Shown here in pieces: positions 30,053 through 38,943 of a stretch of 64,000 nt of DNA. How positions within the stretch are numbered: the first letter of the stretch is position 1; the number at the start of each line of letters is the position of its first letter. The position numbers and the translations under genes were made by a program. Source of the stretch: an uncultured delta proteobacterium (lineage in GTDB: Bacteria; Desulfobacterota; Desulfuromonadia; Geobacterales; DSM-12255); contig CAWBBV010000026.1 of NCBI GenBank assembly GCA_963787125.1, forward strand, positions 1-64,000, in the 5' to 3' direction. Below the pieces are notes generated by a model that was given only the letters and a program-made list of their open reading frames with translations, was not told the origin of the DNA and searched no databases.

Positions 30053-31921
30053 CTACCGTTGAATTTTTGCAAGATGGTAGAAATGGTCTGTCTCCATCGG
30101 TTCGAGGTATTGATCTTTGAAAAGATTGAAAAGCTTCTTTTCGTCAGTTGACAGCATGCTGTTTTTGCCTGAAACCGAATTGTCATCGTACATGATATGT
30201 GTAACACCCATAATCCTCAGTTGCTCCTTAATGGCAGCGGTCGATCTGGCCGAGGAGAGGATTCGACTAAGTGTGTATGTCTCGAACATGCTGTCACTGA
30301 AGCATTTTCTGTCAAAAAGGAACGTATAGTTCTTCATCCCTACGAGAAAAACCTTGGCATCTATCGGTAGATTTCTGTTTGCAAATGAGTATATTTTGTA
30401 AACGGAAATATTCCGCAGCATGAACTCGTCGCGACTTTCTATCCCTGAAATGACCCGGAAAGGTGCAATTTTAATAAAGTCCCCCATTATAAGATAGCTA
30501 TTAATAACAGTGCAAATACCAGTAACAGTTATTGTATAGATCATTATATATCTTTGTCTGGAGAACTCTGTAAGAGCAACTCCACTCAGAACAGCAAAAA
30601 TTGGGAGGATGTGGATCATGTAGCGGATGTCCTGCGAAGAAGTTGCCCAGAAAATAAAGCAAATTGAACTGAACAAGTAGAGTGTTTTGAGGCTTGTGTC
30701 AGGTTTCTTTAGCCAGAATAGTAAGGGGAAGAGAAGGAGAAAGATGGGGCTGATGAAGCCATCGAAGTTAATGCTCTCCATCTTTGCATTAAAGCTTATA
30801 TTCCAGGGCAGAAGAACAAAATCAAGCCAATCTCTACCCATTCCCATGTATTTGTAAATTCCGGCATAAAGGTCTGCAAGTTTAGGGTCTAGTCCTCTGC
30901 CACCAAAAATGTCGAAAAAAAACGGATAAATCGGGTTGCCTGTGAGCAGAAAACTTTTTAAGTAAAAAGGAGCACCTGTTGTAATTGTAATGGCAAAAAA
31001 AAGCATCAACATCAGAACGGGAACCTTGGAATCACGGCTGTCAAGGAATTTAACCAATATTCCGAGAAAAACAAGAAGAGGTAATAATATGCATGAATAC
31101 TTGGTGGATACAGCAAGCCCGACAAAGTAAGCTGACAGGATGATTTTTGAATAGTCCGGGTTTTGCTGCCATTGGAGGAAAAGGTAAAGTGCTGCCAGTA
31201 CGTAAAGCGCGGAGTAAAGATCTGCATAAGCAACGTGAGACAGGTAGAAAGCAGTCGGGAGCATAATAAATATAAACATGCTGACAAAAGGAAAGTCATT
31301 TTTGATTATTCTTGATGAAACCTCCTTCATCCCTAGGAGTATTACCGGCAGCGCCATAAAGTTGATCCCTTTGGCAAGGGTGTCGCCTTTAAGTAAAAGG
31401 CCGATGATGTAGAGCATCTCTGCCTGAAAGGGGAGATTTGAATAGATATTGCCAGGTATAAAGAAAAAACCATGGTGCTTCAGATAGAGCTTTGGAACGG
31501 CCAGATGATATATAAGAGCATCTTTGCTGATTTCGGGGGTTAATGAGAGAGCGAATGCTGCTAACAGCAGTACCAAGATGCCGCTAGCAGCGATTTTTTC
31601 GAGGTAATTGTTGGGTAATGGCAAGGCTTTTCTTAAAATTCTAAAACCGGCCGACTTCCACCCTGCAAGGGAGCATAAGGTAAGTGACACGATTGATGCA
31701 GTAATCCAGATGTGCGTGAGTAAACCTCCCGCACATAGTAACATGATAAGTTCACCGGCAATCCCCGACCCTGCGGCAAAGCCGAGGAAAAGATGTTCTC
31801 CGGAGCTTTGAGGCGTAAGTCGGACTGCTTTAAGGAAAAGAATGCCTGTCCCGGTAAATAGCCAGAATAGAAAAATAGTGAGTAAAATCGTCGAGGAGCT
31901 GTCAATAATCGCTTCAATCAA
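30053..31921 (-). CDS. Polytopic GT-C-fold glycosyltransferase-like membrane protein (PMT_2/GT39-like), divergent from pilA
   Basis: More than 12 hydrophobic helices; DALIYHLAVPKLY, YADL, STKYS, LTGNPIYPF and QDIRY motifs; soluble C-terminal domain. Confidence 0.7.
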   Translation of the reverse strand: MIEAIIDSSSTILLTIFLFWLFTGTGILFLKAVRLTPQSSGEHLFLGFAAGSGIAGELIMLLCAGGLLTHIWITASIVSLTLCSLAGWKSAGFRILRKALPLPNNYLEKIAASGILVLLLAAFALSLTPEISKDALIYHLAVPKLYLKHHGFFFIPGNIYSNLPFQAEMLYIIGLLLKGDTLAKGINFMALPVILLGMKEVSSRIIKNDFPFVSMFIFIMLPTAFYLSHVAYADLYSALYVLAALYLFLQWQQNPDYSKIILSAYFVGLAVSTKYSCILLPLLVFLGILVKFLDSRDSKVPVLMLMLFFAITITTGAPFYLKSFLLTGNPIYPFFFDIFGGRGLDPKLADLYAGIYKYMGMGRDWLDFVLLPWNISFNAKMESINFDGFISPIFLLLFPLLFWLKKPDTSLKTLYLFSSICFIFWATSSQDIRYMIHILPIFAVLSGVALTEFSRQRYIMIYTITVTGICTVINSYLIMGDFIKIAPFRVISGIESRDEFMLRNISVYKIYSFANRNLPIDAKVFLVGMKNYTFLFDRKCFSDSMFETYTLSRILSSARSTAAIKEQLRIMGVTHIMYDDNSVSGKNSMLSTDEKKLFNLFKDQYLEPMETDHFYHLAKIQR

Positions 31922-32092
31922 TTTGGAGCCGTCCTAAAGCCACCAGATATGAGGAGTATGTGGCTTGCTTATTTGAATAATTTTCAAGGATCATATAGGC
32001 GAAAAACTTACTGAAGGCAAGTTTAAATAGGCTGACAATCGGCCTTGATTATATTCAATCAGTTAAGGAGCCGAAGCATATCACTGCTGCAG

Positions 32093-32107
32093 TGACAAAA
32101 AACGTCA
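32093..32107. promoter_or_regulatory. Candidate enhancer (PilR-type activator) site
   Basis: Palindrome TGAC-N7-GTCA about 100 nt upstream of the sigma54 promoter, with further TGAC/TGTCA half sites nearby. Confidence 0.4.
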
Positions 32108-32199
32108 TAATTGAAATGTTAGAATCAAGGAATGTCATTATGAAAACTGACGACTTAAGAAAAGTCTTTAATTTCTTGCAGTTGTAAATGCTGTTGTTT

Positions 32200-32215
32200 T
32201 GGCACGCGATGTGCT
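32200..32215 (+). promoter_or_regulatory. sigma54 (-24/-12) promoter of pilA
   Basis: TGGCACGCGATGTGCT versus consensus TGGCACG-N4-TTGC(A/T), 70 nt upstream of pilA. Confidence 0.8.
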
Positions 32216-32284
32216 AGAAGATTAGCAGACTTTGAAAATATGCCATCACGCTCGTAAGAGCAAAAAAACTAAAGGAGAAAAATT

Positions 32285-32491
32285 ATGCTTAACAGAATCA
32301 GAAACAGAAAAGGTTTTACCCTGATCGAGCTTTTGATCGTTGTTGCGATCATCGGTATTCTGGCTGCAGTTGCCATCCCGCAGTTCGCTGCTTACCGTAT
32401 GAGGGGCTATAACTCGGCGTCAACCAGTGACCTCAGAAACTTCAAAACAACTCTTGAGAGCTACTTCGCTGACAATAATCAATATCCTTGA
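32285..32491 (+). CDS. pilA: Short type IVa pilin PilA-N (58-aa mature)
   Basis: Prepilin site KG|FTLIELLIVVAIIGILAAVAIPQF, then YNSASTSDLRN...FAD...YP, closely matching Geobacter PilA-N. AAGGAG RBS. Confidence 0.96.
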   Translation: MLNRIRNRKGFTLIELLIVVAIIGILAAVAIPQFAAYRMRGYNSASTSDLRNFKTTLESYFADNNQYP

Positions 32492-32541
32492 TTCCAACTG
32501 AGTTAATTATTAATTAAAAAACATCTTTACGGAGGAATAAA

Positions 32542-32937
32542 ATGTTAAAAAAAATAGTACTAACAATCGCAATTCTTGCTCTTGCAGCAAATTCATTCGC
32601 AGGCGCAACTGCAAAGACCGCTGCATGTCTTTCAAATGATGGTACTTCTTTTGCTGCAGTAAATATTAAATTCGTTCCCTCAAAAAGTGTTGTACTCGGA
32701 TATGCGTCTGGTTACCCTTCAGGTGCAAGTGGGACTACGGCTTCCGTTTATTCCATTGCAGCAAAAAATAAAGCCGGAGATCTGACTTACGCTACAACCA
32801 GCGCTTCTACAGCTATAGTAAAGTCTGCTACATTAGGAGCGGGATCTGATCTGGCTACAACAAGTATGCCAACTTTACCAGCCGATGCAAATGATTCAAC
32901 GATTGCCGGTGGAGTAGCCAACTGGTCTGTTCTCTAG
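32542..32937 (+). CDS. PilA-C-like secreted partner of the short pilin
   Basis: Directly after pilA; Sec signal peptide (ANSFA); FVPSKSVVLGY and AKNKAGDLTY motifs; Ser/Thr/Ala/Gly-rich. Confidence 0.8.
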   Translation: MLKKIVLTIAILALAANSFAGATAKTAACLSNDGTSFAAVNIKFVPSKSVVLGYASGYPSGASGTTASVYSIAAKNKAGDLTYATTSASTAIVKSATLGAGSDLATTSMPTLPADANDSTIAGGVANWSVL

Positions 32938-32963
32938 CATTTTCATTATTTTGTCGTAAACTT

Positions 32964-32995
32964 AAACGGGGTGTATTCAATTACACCCCGTTTTT
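32964..32995 (+). terminator. Intrinsic terminator after pilA-N/pilA-C
   Basis: AAACGGGGTGTA-loop-TACACCCCGTTTTT. Confidence 0.8.
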
Positions 32996-33018
32996 GTCTT
33001 TAAAAAGGGATATTGTTC

Positions 33019-33816
33019 ATGATTATCGAACTTTTTCGCATCAATCTCAAATGGATTGTTCGCGACAGAATTCTCCAAGCGCTTACCGGGGTGGCGTTTC
33101 TACTGCTTTTTTTTGTACCGGCGGTCAGTGCTCTCTCTCTGCGCCAAGTGCAGGAGCTTTCTGTAACTCTGTCACTTTCCTGTATTTCTTTAGTGCTTTT
33201 CGTCTTGTCAACCCTGCTTGGCGCTTCATCCGTATGGCGAGATGTGGAAAAACGCTATACATTATCATTATTACCACTCCCGTATTCCCGGGCGTCTTAC
33301 CTGCTTGGTAAATTCCTGGCAATCTCGGTCTGTTTGTTGCTATGTACACTGCTATTTTCGGCTGTTGCCGCCGTGGCCATCTGGTTCAGTTCAGGTCTTT
33401 ATCCGTCAAGTTCACCAATTAACTGGAGTAATATCGTAGTCGCAATCGCGTTTGACGTTATGAAATATATTCTTTTGGCAGCTGTTGCGTTGCTTTTGTC
33501 CACTTTCTGCACATCTTTTTTCTTGCCGATATTCGGCTCTATCTCGCTGCTGCTTGCCGGAAATGCATCGCAAGAGGTTTATGATTTCATCACTAAAAAT
33601 GCTACTGGCGCCAAGATGTCAGTTGTTCTGCGTTCAGCTGTAAATATATTGTATTACCTGATTCCGAATTTTAGTGCTTTTGACTGCAAGGTGTCAGCTA
33701 TTTATCCGGTGCCGCTAAATGCCCTGGGCCTTCTCTATACCTTTATATATTTTATGGTCTATACAGCCATAATTTTGTTTGTCTCTATTCATATTTTTTC
33801 CCGCCGAGAATTCTGA
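33019..33816 (+). CDS. ABC-2 type permease (Xap/PilI-like)
   Basis: About 6 TM helices; RDVEKRY...LPYSRASYLLGKF and YYLIPNFS motifs. Confidence 0.85.
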   Translation: MIIELFRINLKWIVRDRILQALTGVAFLLLFFVPAVSALSLRQVQELSVTLSLSCISLVLFVLSTLLGASSVWRDVEKRYTLSLLPLPYSRASYLLGKFLAISVCLLLCTLLFSAVAAVAIWFSSGLYPSSSPINWSNIVVAIAFDVMKYILLAAVALLLSTFCTSFFLPIFGSISLLLAGNASQEVYDFITKNATGAKMSVVLRSAVNILYYLIPNFSAFDCKVSAIYPVPLNALGLLYTFIYFMVYTAIILFVSIHIFSRREF

Positions 33817-34667
33817 TGAGCAAGCGTCTACTGCCAGTAGTGTTGATATCAGCATATCTTGCAATTATTGTCCCTTTTACCAGCTACTTGGGCAACAGAC
33901 CGGTAGTGAACAAGATCGGCTATATCCCTGAAGGTGAAATGATGCGGTTTGTGGCGGGAGATCAACGCTATCTCGTCTCACAATGGTCTGTTTTCAAAGT
34001 GATGATCTATTTTGGCGGAATGTTTGACAATGATGCTAAAAAGGCGAAACTTCCACCCGAATACAGCAATATGGCCAGGATTATTTCTTCGGCTGTTTTA
34101 CTTGATCCGTACAACATGGACGCCTATTATCTTGCCCAGGCATCGTTTGTGTGGGATGTGAAAAACAGTGCCAGGGATATTAATAAACTGCTAGCCTACG
34201 GCATGCGCTACCGTACATGGGACTATAACCTCCCTTTCTTCGCAGGGTTTAATGCCGCCTATTTTCTGCATGATTATAACTCTGCAGCTGATTATATGAA
34301 AAAGGCTGCTGAGTTGTCCGGTGACCCGCTTTTTGTTAATCTCGCCGCACGTTATTTCCATCAGGCAGGTCGAACTGAACTGGGGATTCTTTTTATCGAT
34401 TCCATGGCCAATAGCGCCAAGGATGAAAAGATCAAGCGGTCATTTATTATGCGCAAGGAGGCTCTCCTGTCAGCGAGGGAGATCATTACTGCTGTGCAGC
34501 TTTACAGAGAGCAATTCAACCATTTCCCAACTTCAGTTGCAGACCTTGTAAGCGTTGGTTTATTGAAAGAGACGCCAAAAGATCCTTACAGGGGGCAATT
34601 TTATATAACTGAGAATGGAAGGGTTGAAAGCACCAGCAAATTTGCTTTCGGAGGGGAAGACAGGTGA
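33816..34667 (+). CDS. Membrane-anchored TPR-like protein (Xap/PilG-like)
   Basis: N-terminal TM; LDPYNMDAYY and WDYNLPFFAGFN motifs; C-terminal LVSVGLLKETPKDPYRG pseudopilin-like motif. Confidence 0.7.
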   Translation: MSKRLLPVVLISAYLAIIVPFTSYLGNRPVVNKIGYIPEGEMMRFVAGDQRYLVSQWSVFKVMIYFGGMFDNDAKKAKLPPEYSNMARIISSAVLLDPYNMDAYYLAQASFVWDVKNSARDINKLLAYGMRYRTWDYNLPFFAGFNAAYFLHDYNSAADYMKKAAELSGDPLFVNLAARYFHQAGRTELGILFIDSMANSAKDEKIKRSFIMRKEALLSAREIITAVQLYREQFNHFPTSVADLVSVGLLKETPKDPYRGQFYITENGRVESTSKFAFGGEDR

Positions 34668-35572
34668 ATGCCCTAGAAATTAAGAATTTGAGCAAAACGT
34701 ATGTTGCTAAAAAAACAAAAGAGGTTAAAGCGCTGGTTTCTCTTGACCTGGTTGTGGCTAAAGGTGAAGTCTTTGGCTTTTTGGGCCCCAACGGAGCAGG
34801 GAAAAGTACTACAATCAAGGCAATCATGGGGTTAATCAAACCATCAAATGGCGAGGCTTTTGTTGAAGGTATAAATATTAAGGATCCTTCTTCCAGACGA
34901 AACATCGGTTATCTTCCTGAAAATCCCTGTTTTTTCGAATTCCTGACTGCCAGAGAGTACCTGGTTTTTATCGGTAAAAGTTTTAAAATGCCTGATGACG
35001 CTATTGCCGCACGAGTGGCTGAGATTCTGGATAGATTGGAGCTTACCTCAGCAGCTAATCGTCCAATTCGCGGTTACAGCAAAGGGATGGTGCAACGACT
35101 CGGCTTGGCACAGGCAATTCTGCACGATCCTGATCTTTTTATCCTAGATGAACCTATGAGCGGTCTTGATCCCCTTGGCCGCGTTCTTGTGAAAGAGCTT
35201 ATCATGGATATGAAGCGTCAGGGCAAGACGGTGTTTTTCAGCACTCATATTACCGCCGATGTTGAAGCGGTTTGCGATCGGGTAGGCATTATCGTAAAAG
35301 GTGAGTTACGCGCGCTGGAGAGTGTGGAAAACATACTGGAAAAAGGGATCGAGGGGTACAAGGTTAAAATCAGCACTTCAAACGGAACCACTCTTTTCGA
35401 AGGCTTTTCTTTTGAGCGGATTAATGAACGTAAAGTTGAGTATTATGTGCCCAGAGTACAGTTCAGGCAATTCATGAAAGCTGTGGTTGAAACGGAGTGC
35501 GAGGTTGAATTTATTGAGCCCGTCAGAAAAGATATTGAACAGTTTTTCCTTGCAATCGTCGAAAACAGGTAA
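34664..35572 (+). CDS. ABC transporter ATP-binding protein (XapD/PilH-like)
   Basis: GPNGAGKST, YSKGMVQRLGLA and LDEPMSGLDP motifs. Confidence 0.93.
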   Translation: MNALEIKNLSKTYVAKKTKEVKALVSLDLVVAKGEVFGFLGPNGAGKSTTIKAIMGLIKPSNGEAFVEGINIKDPSSRRNIGYLPENPCFFEFLTAREYLVFIGKSFKMPDDAIAARVAEILDRLELTSAANRPIRGYSKGMVQRLGLAQAILHDPDLFILDEPMSGLDPLGRVLVKELIMDMKRQGKTVFFSTHITADVEAVCDRVGIIVKGELRALESVENILEKGIEGYKVKISTSNGTTLFEGFSFERINERKVEYYVPRVQFRQFMKAVVETECEVEFIEPVRKDIEQFFLAIVENR

Positions 35573-35575
35573 CTC

Positions 35576-37318
35576 ATGGTAATAAGACGAGGCTATGTAG
35601 TTCTTTTACTTATATTTATTACAGTGGGTATTTATTATCCGTCAATTTTTGGTGGAATAAATCCTGTTGATGATGGGCAGATTATTGACTCTTATTTATA
35701 CGCTGAGCGATTTGATCTTAAGGCGTTGTTTTTCCCCAGTAATTCCGGATACTACTATCGCCCTATTCTTGGGCTGACTTTTATTTTTGACAAAATTGTT
35801 TGGGGGATGCACGAAAGCTTTCTGCATCTCGAAAATATCCTTTTTCACGCAATTAATGTAATTCTTGTTTTTTTTGTCACTGAAAAAGTCGCAAAACGTT
35901 ATTCATTTTCAAATTATTCATTGCCATTAGTTACCGCCATTTTTTTTGCCGTTCACCCAATTAATACTGAATCAGTAAACTGGATTGCGGGTAGAACCGA
36001 TCTTCTAGCCTGTCTTTTCCTGCTTTTGTCAATTTTTATGCTGCTTCAATCTTTGGAGCAGAATAGTCAATTATTGGGAGTAGGGGGAGTGGCAGTTTTC
36101 TTTCTTGCCTGCATGTCCAAGGAAGTTGCTGTATCTGCTTTGCCGGGACTACTTGCCATTGTGTTGTTTTATGATCAGCACGGCACTTTTATGGAGAGAG
36201 TCAGGCGAAGATGGGCATGTTCCGGAAGTTTACTTTTAGTAGTAATCGGGTTTTTTTTATTAATGTTCCGGTTTCTTCTTCTTACCCGAGGAGACAGTGG
36301 CGCCAAACTGCTGTCAACAACGTTAAACTCTCCAGGCTTTGATATAGTTAATTCTTTTTTCCTCGCTCTTACGGCCCTCGGTTTCTATGCAAAAAAACTT
36401 TTTATTCCTTGGCCATTGAATTTTGCGATTGTTCAGGCTTCCGGGTATTACATCCTGGCTGGTGTTGCTGTATTGTCCATTGTTTTTTATATGTTTGCCA
36501 GAAGAGGGTTATTGTCGGCACTAACCATAACCTGCATCTGCCTTGTTTCACCTGCGCTGCTTATTTCAGTTGTACGAATGACATGGACTCCTTTAGCAGA
36601 GCGATATTTATATATGTCCTGCGCTATTTTTTGCATTGTTATCTCCGCTATCATTCACAGTATTTACTTTAGTGAAGGTTCGCCCGCAAAAAAACTAATA
36701 CCTATTCCTATATTTGTAGTTCTAATCGCTATGACTTATTCAACAGTAAACAGAAATATCATCTGGCAGGACAATATTGCCTTGTTTCGTGACACTTTGC
36801 AGAAATCTCCCAATTATTACCTCGCTCAGAATGCTCTTATGTATTCACTGAAGTACAAAGGTAAATTTGAGGAGTCAAGAGCGTTGATGATGTCTATCAA
36901 AGCACCGGAAGGAAGCAAACGCGGGGGCAAGCTAATAGATAGTAATCAAGCAATGATCTTGGTTGCACAAGGTGATTTGGCAGGTGCAAAAAAGTTGCTC
37001 CTTAGAAATATTGAGGAATCAGGCGTAATGTATCCGCGGATTCTGGAAAATCTTGTTACAGTCAATATGCAGCTTCTAGGTGAAGAAAAAAATAAGTCTA
37101 AAATTCTGGAACTTCAGCAGGAGACAGTCGATCACTTATTAAAGATTTATGAAAAAACTGGAGACCCTTTTTATTATTACCGTATCGGCCAGTTCTATCT
37201 AGGGATTAATAAAAAGACTGAAGCACAAAGTTACTTTTCAAAGGCATCTACTCTTTCGTCTGAAGGTGCCTATTATAAACCGGCAGCAATGAAACTTGCA
37301 GAAAAACTTAAACAATGA
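35576..37318 (+). CDS. TMTC-like GT-C membrane glycosyltransferase with C-terminal TPRs
   Basis: DD after TM1; YYRP, FAVHPINTESVNWIAGRTDLL, SKE, AERYLY and RNIIWQDNIALF motifs; TPR tail. Confidence 0.75.
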   Translation: MVIRRGYVVLLLIFITVGIYYPSIFGGINPVDDGQIIDSYLYAERFDLKALFFPSNSGYYYRPILGLTFIFDKIVWGMHESFLHLENILFHAINVILVFFVTEKVAKRYSFSNYSLPLVTAIFFAVHPINTESVNWIAGRTDLLACLFLLLSIFMLLQSLEQNSQLLGVGGVAVFFLACMSKEVAVSALPGLLAIVLFYDQHGTFMERVRRRWACSGSLLLVVIGFFLLMFRFLLLTRGDSGAKLLSTTLNSPGFDIVNSFFLALTALGFYAKKLFIPWPLNFAIVQASGYYILAGVAVLSIVFYMFARRGLLSALTITCICLVSPALLISVVRMTWTPLAERYLYMSCAIFCIVISAIIHSIYFSEGSPAKKLIPIPIFVVLIAMTYSTVNRNIIWQDNIALFRDTLQKSPNYYLAQNALMYSLKYKGKFEESRALMMSIKAPEGSKRGGKLIDSNQAMILVAQGDLAGAKKLLLRNIEESGVMYPRILENLVTVNMQLLGEEKNKSKILELQQETVDHLLKIYEKTGDPFYYYRIGQFYLGINKKTEAQSYFSKASTLSSEGAYYKPAAMKLAEKLKQ

Positions 37319-38169
37319 AAACTCTTCCTTACATAAGACTGCTTCGCCCCGTCCATTGGCTGAAAAATCTCATGCTGCTTTTTCCACCTTTTCTTGGTGG
37401 AGTAATCTTTTCAGTAGATGTGGCTGCAACTATTCTTCTTCCGCTGGCATCGTTCTGTATTGCTTCCAGCGCAACCTATATTGTCAACGATGTAGTTGAT
37501 TGCAATATGGACAAGGAACACCCCCTAAAAAGGTCTCGTCCATTGCCGGCCGGTGAGGTCACTGTAAGCCAATCATTGTTACTGGCAGGGCTTTTACTCA
37601 TTGCAGCTTTTTTTCTTGCCGCTATGGTGTCTGCAAAGTTTCTTATGCTCCTGCTGCTATATCTTACCGTTTCAGCGCTTTACTCTTTTTACCTCAAGAA
37701 TTACCCGCTGATAGACATCTTTAGTATCGCATCCGGATTTATCCTTCGTCTTCTTGCGGGTAGCGAAGCATTCAGCGTTTTGATTTCAGAGTGGCTTTTC
37801 CTGACTGTTTTTCTGTTAGCTCTTTTTCTTAGTACCGGCAAGCGTTATAGCGAAAAAATATCTCTTGGCAGCAATGCAGTGGCACATAGAAAGGCTCTGG
37901 CTGCGTACCCTGCCGGTTTTCTTGATGGATTACTGTTTATGACCGGCTCAGCAGTGCTGGTAACCTATACGATGTATGTAATTTCACGTCATTCGTCATT
38001 ACTGCTTTATTCTGTACCTTTGAGCTGCTTTGGATTGTTACGCTATATACTTCGGGTTCAGTCCGGCAAGGGTGGAGATCCCACCGATTCATTGACGCAG
38101 GATGTGCCGCTGATGATAGTCGGTATTTCGTGGGTTCTAATGGTTGGCTGGGGAGTTTATGGAAGATAA
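37315..38169 (+). CDS. Polyprenyl-phosphate phosphoribosyltransferase (UbiA family, Rv3806c/XapE-like)
   Basis: LRPVHWLKN, YIVNDVVD...DKEHPLKRSRPLPAG, YSFYLK, GFILR, KRYSE and GGDPT motifs. Confidence 0.88.
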   Translation: MKTLPYIRLLRPVHWLKNLMLLFPPFLGGVIFSVDVAATILLPLASFCIASSATYIVNDVVDCNMDKEHPLKRSRPLPAGEVTVSQSLLLAGLLLIAAFFLAAMVSAKFLMLLLLYLTVSALYSFYLKNYPLIDIFSIASGFILRLLAGSEAFSVLISEWLFLTVFLLALFLSTGKRYSEKISLGSNAVAHRKALAAYPAGFLDGLLFMTGSAVLVTYTMYVISRHSSLLLYSVPLSCFGLLRYILRVQSGKGGDPTDSLTQDVPLMIVGISWVLMVGWGVYGR

Positions 38170-38887
38170 AATCGTCGCTCGCTCCACTGCAGACAGCCAA
38201 GGGGCAAGTTATGACATCCCTTATTTTGCCGCTCGTAATCAGGATCGGGATCGACCGGCACTCTGGTTCTACGAACGAATAGTACGTCGCTGGATAAAGC
38301 CAGGCACTGTTTTAGATTATGGTTGTGGTACCGGGTTTATGACTCGGCGTCTTGCACGACACTATGATGTTGCCGGATACGATGTTTCGCCATATGCACT
38401 TGAGGCTGTGCGTAAGAACGTTCCTAGCGCAGCTGTTTATGGCCATGAGGAGCATATTCCAGACGCAGCTTTCAGTGGTATTGTTTCTCTCCATGTTCTG
38501 GAGCATATAGAGCGTTCAACCCTTCCTTTGGTGCTTTCTTGCTGGCGAAATGCCCTTCGCCCTCGTGGTCGGGTTCTTTGCGTAGTTCCTGACACTACTG
38601 GAAGAGGTCTTGTTTTAGCGGGGAAGCATTGGACCAGCTACGGAGACCCCACCCATGTGACGCTTATGGGGCACAATGAATGGCGTGACCTGTTCGCCAA
38701 TTGCGGCTTTACGGTAACCTTTATCGGGACAGATGGTCTTTGGTGTCTCCCTTATCGTGAAGGCAAAGGCAAACTACGGGATGGGTTTCGTTATTCTATT
38801 CCGACTGTTGTGCAGTTTTTGCTGGGCAGACTAATCCTGCCAGCTGGTTCAGGTGAATCTGCTATCTTTCTTCTGGAGAAGGCTTGA
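38159..38887 (+). CDS. Class I SAM-dependent methyltransferase
   Basis: VLDYGCGTG, HVLEHI and DPTHV motifs. Confidence 0.85.
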   Translation: MEDKIVARSTADSQGASYDIPYFAARNQDRDRPALWFYERIVRRWIKPGTVLDYGCGTGFMTRRLARHYDVAGYDVSPYALEAVRKNVPSAAVYGHEEHIPDAAFSGIVSLHVLEHIERSTLPLVLSCWRNALRPRGRVLCVVPDTTGRGLVLAGKHWTSYGDPTHVTLMGHNEWRDLFANCGFTVTFIGTDGLWCLPYREGKGKLRDGFRYSIPTVVQFLLGRLILPAGSGESAIFLLEKA

Positions 38888-38943
38888 CGCATGGATCGTC
38901 ATCGCGTAATCGGTGCGCAACCCATGCAGGGGCGGTCTAACTG

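Noticed and set aside
32240..32257. 5-codon uORF (MPSRS) in the pilA leader
   Set aside because: No RBS, and too short to distinguish from chance.
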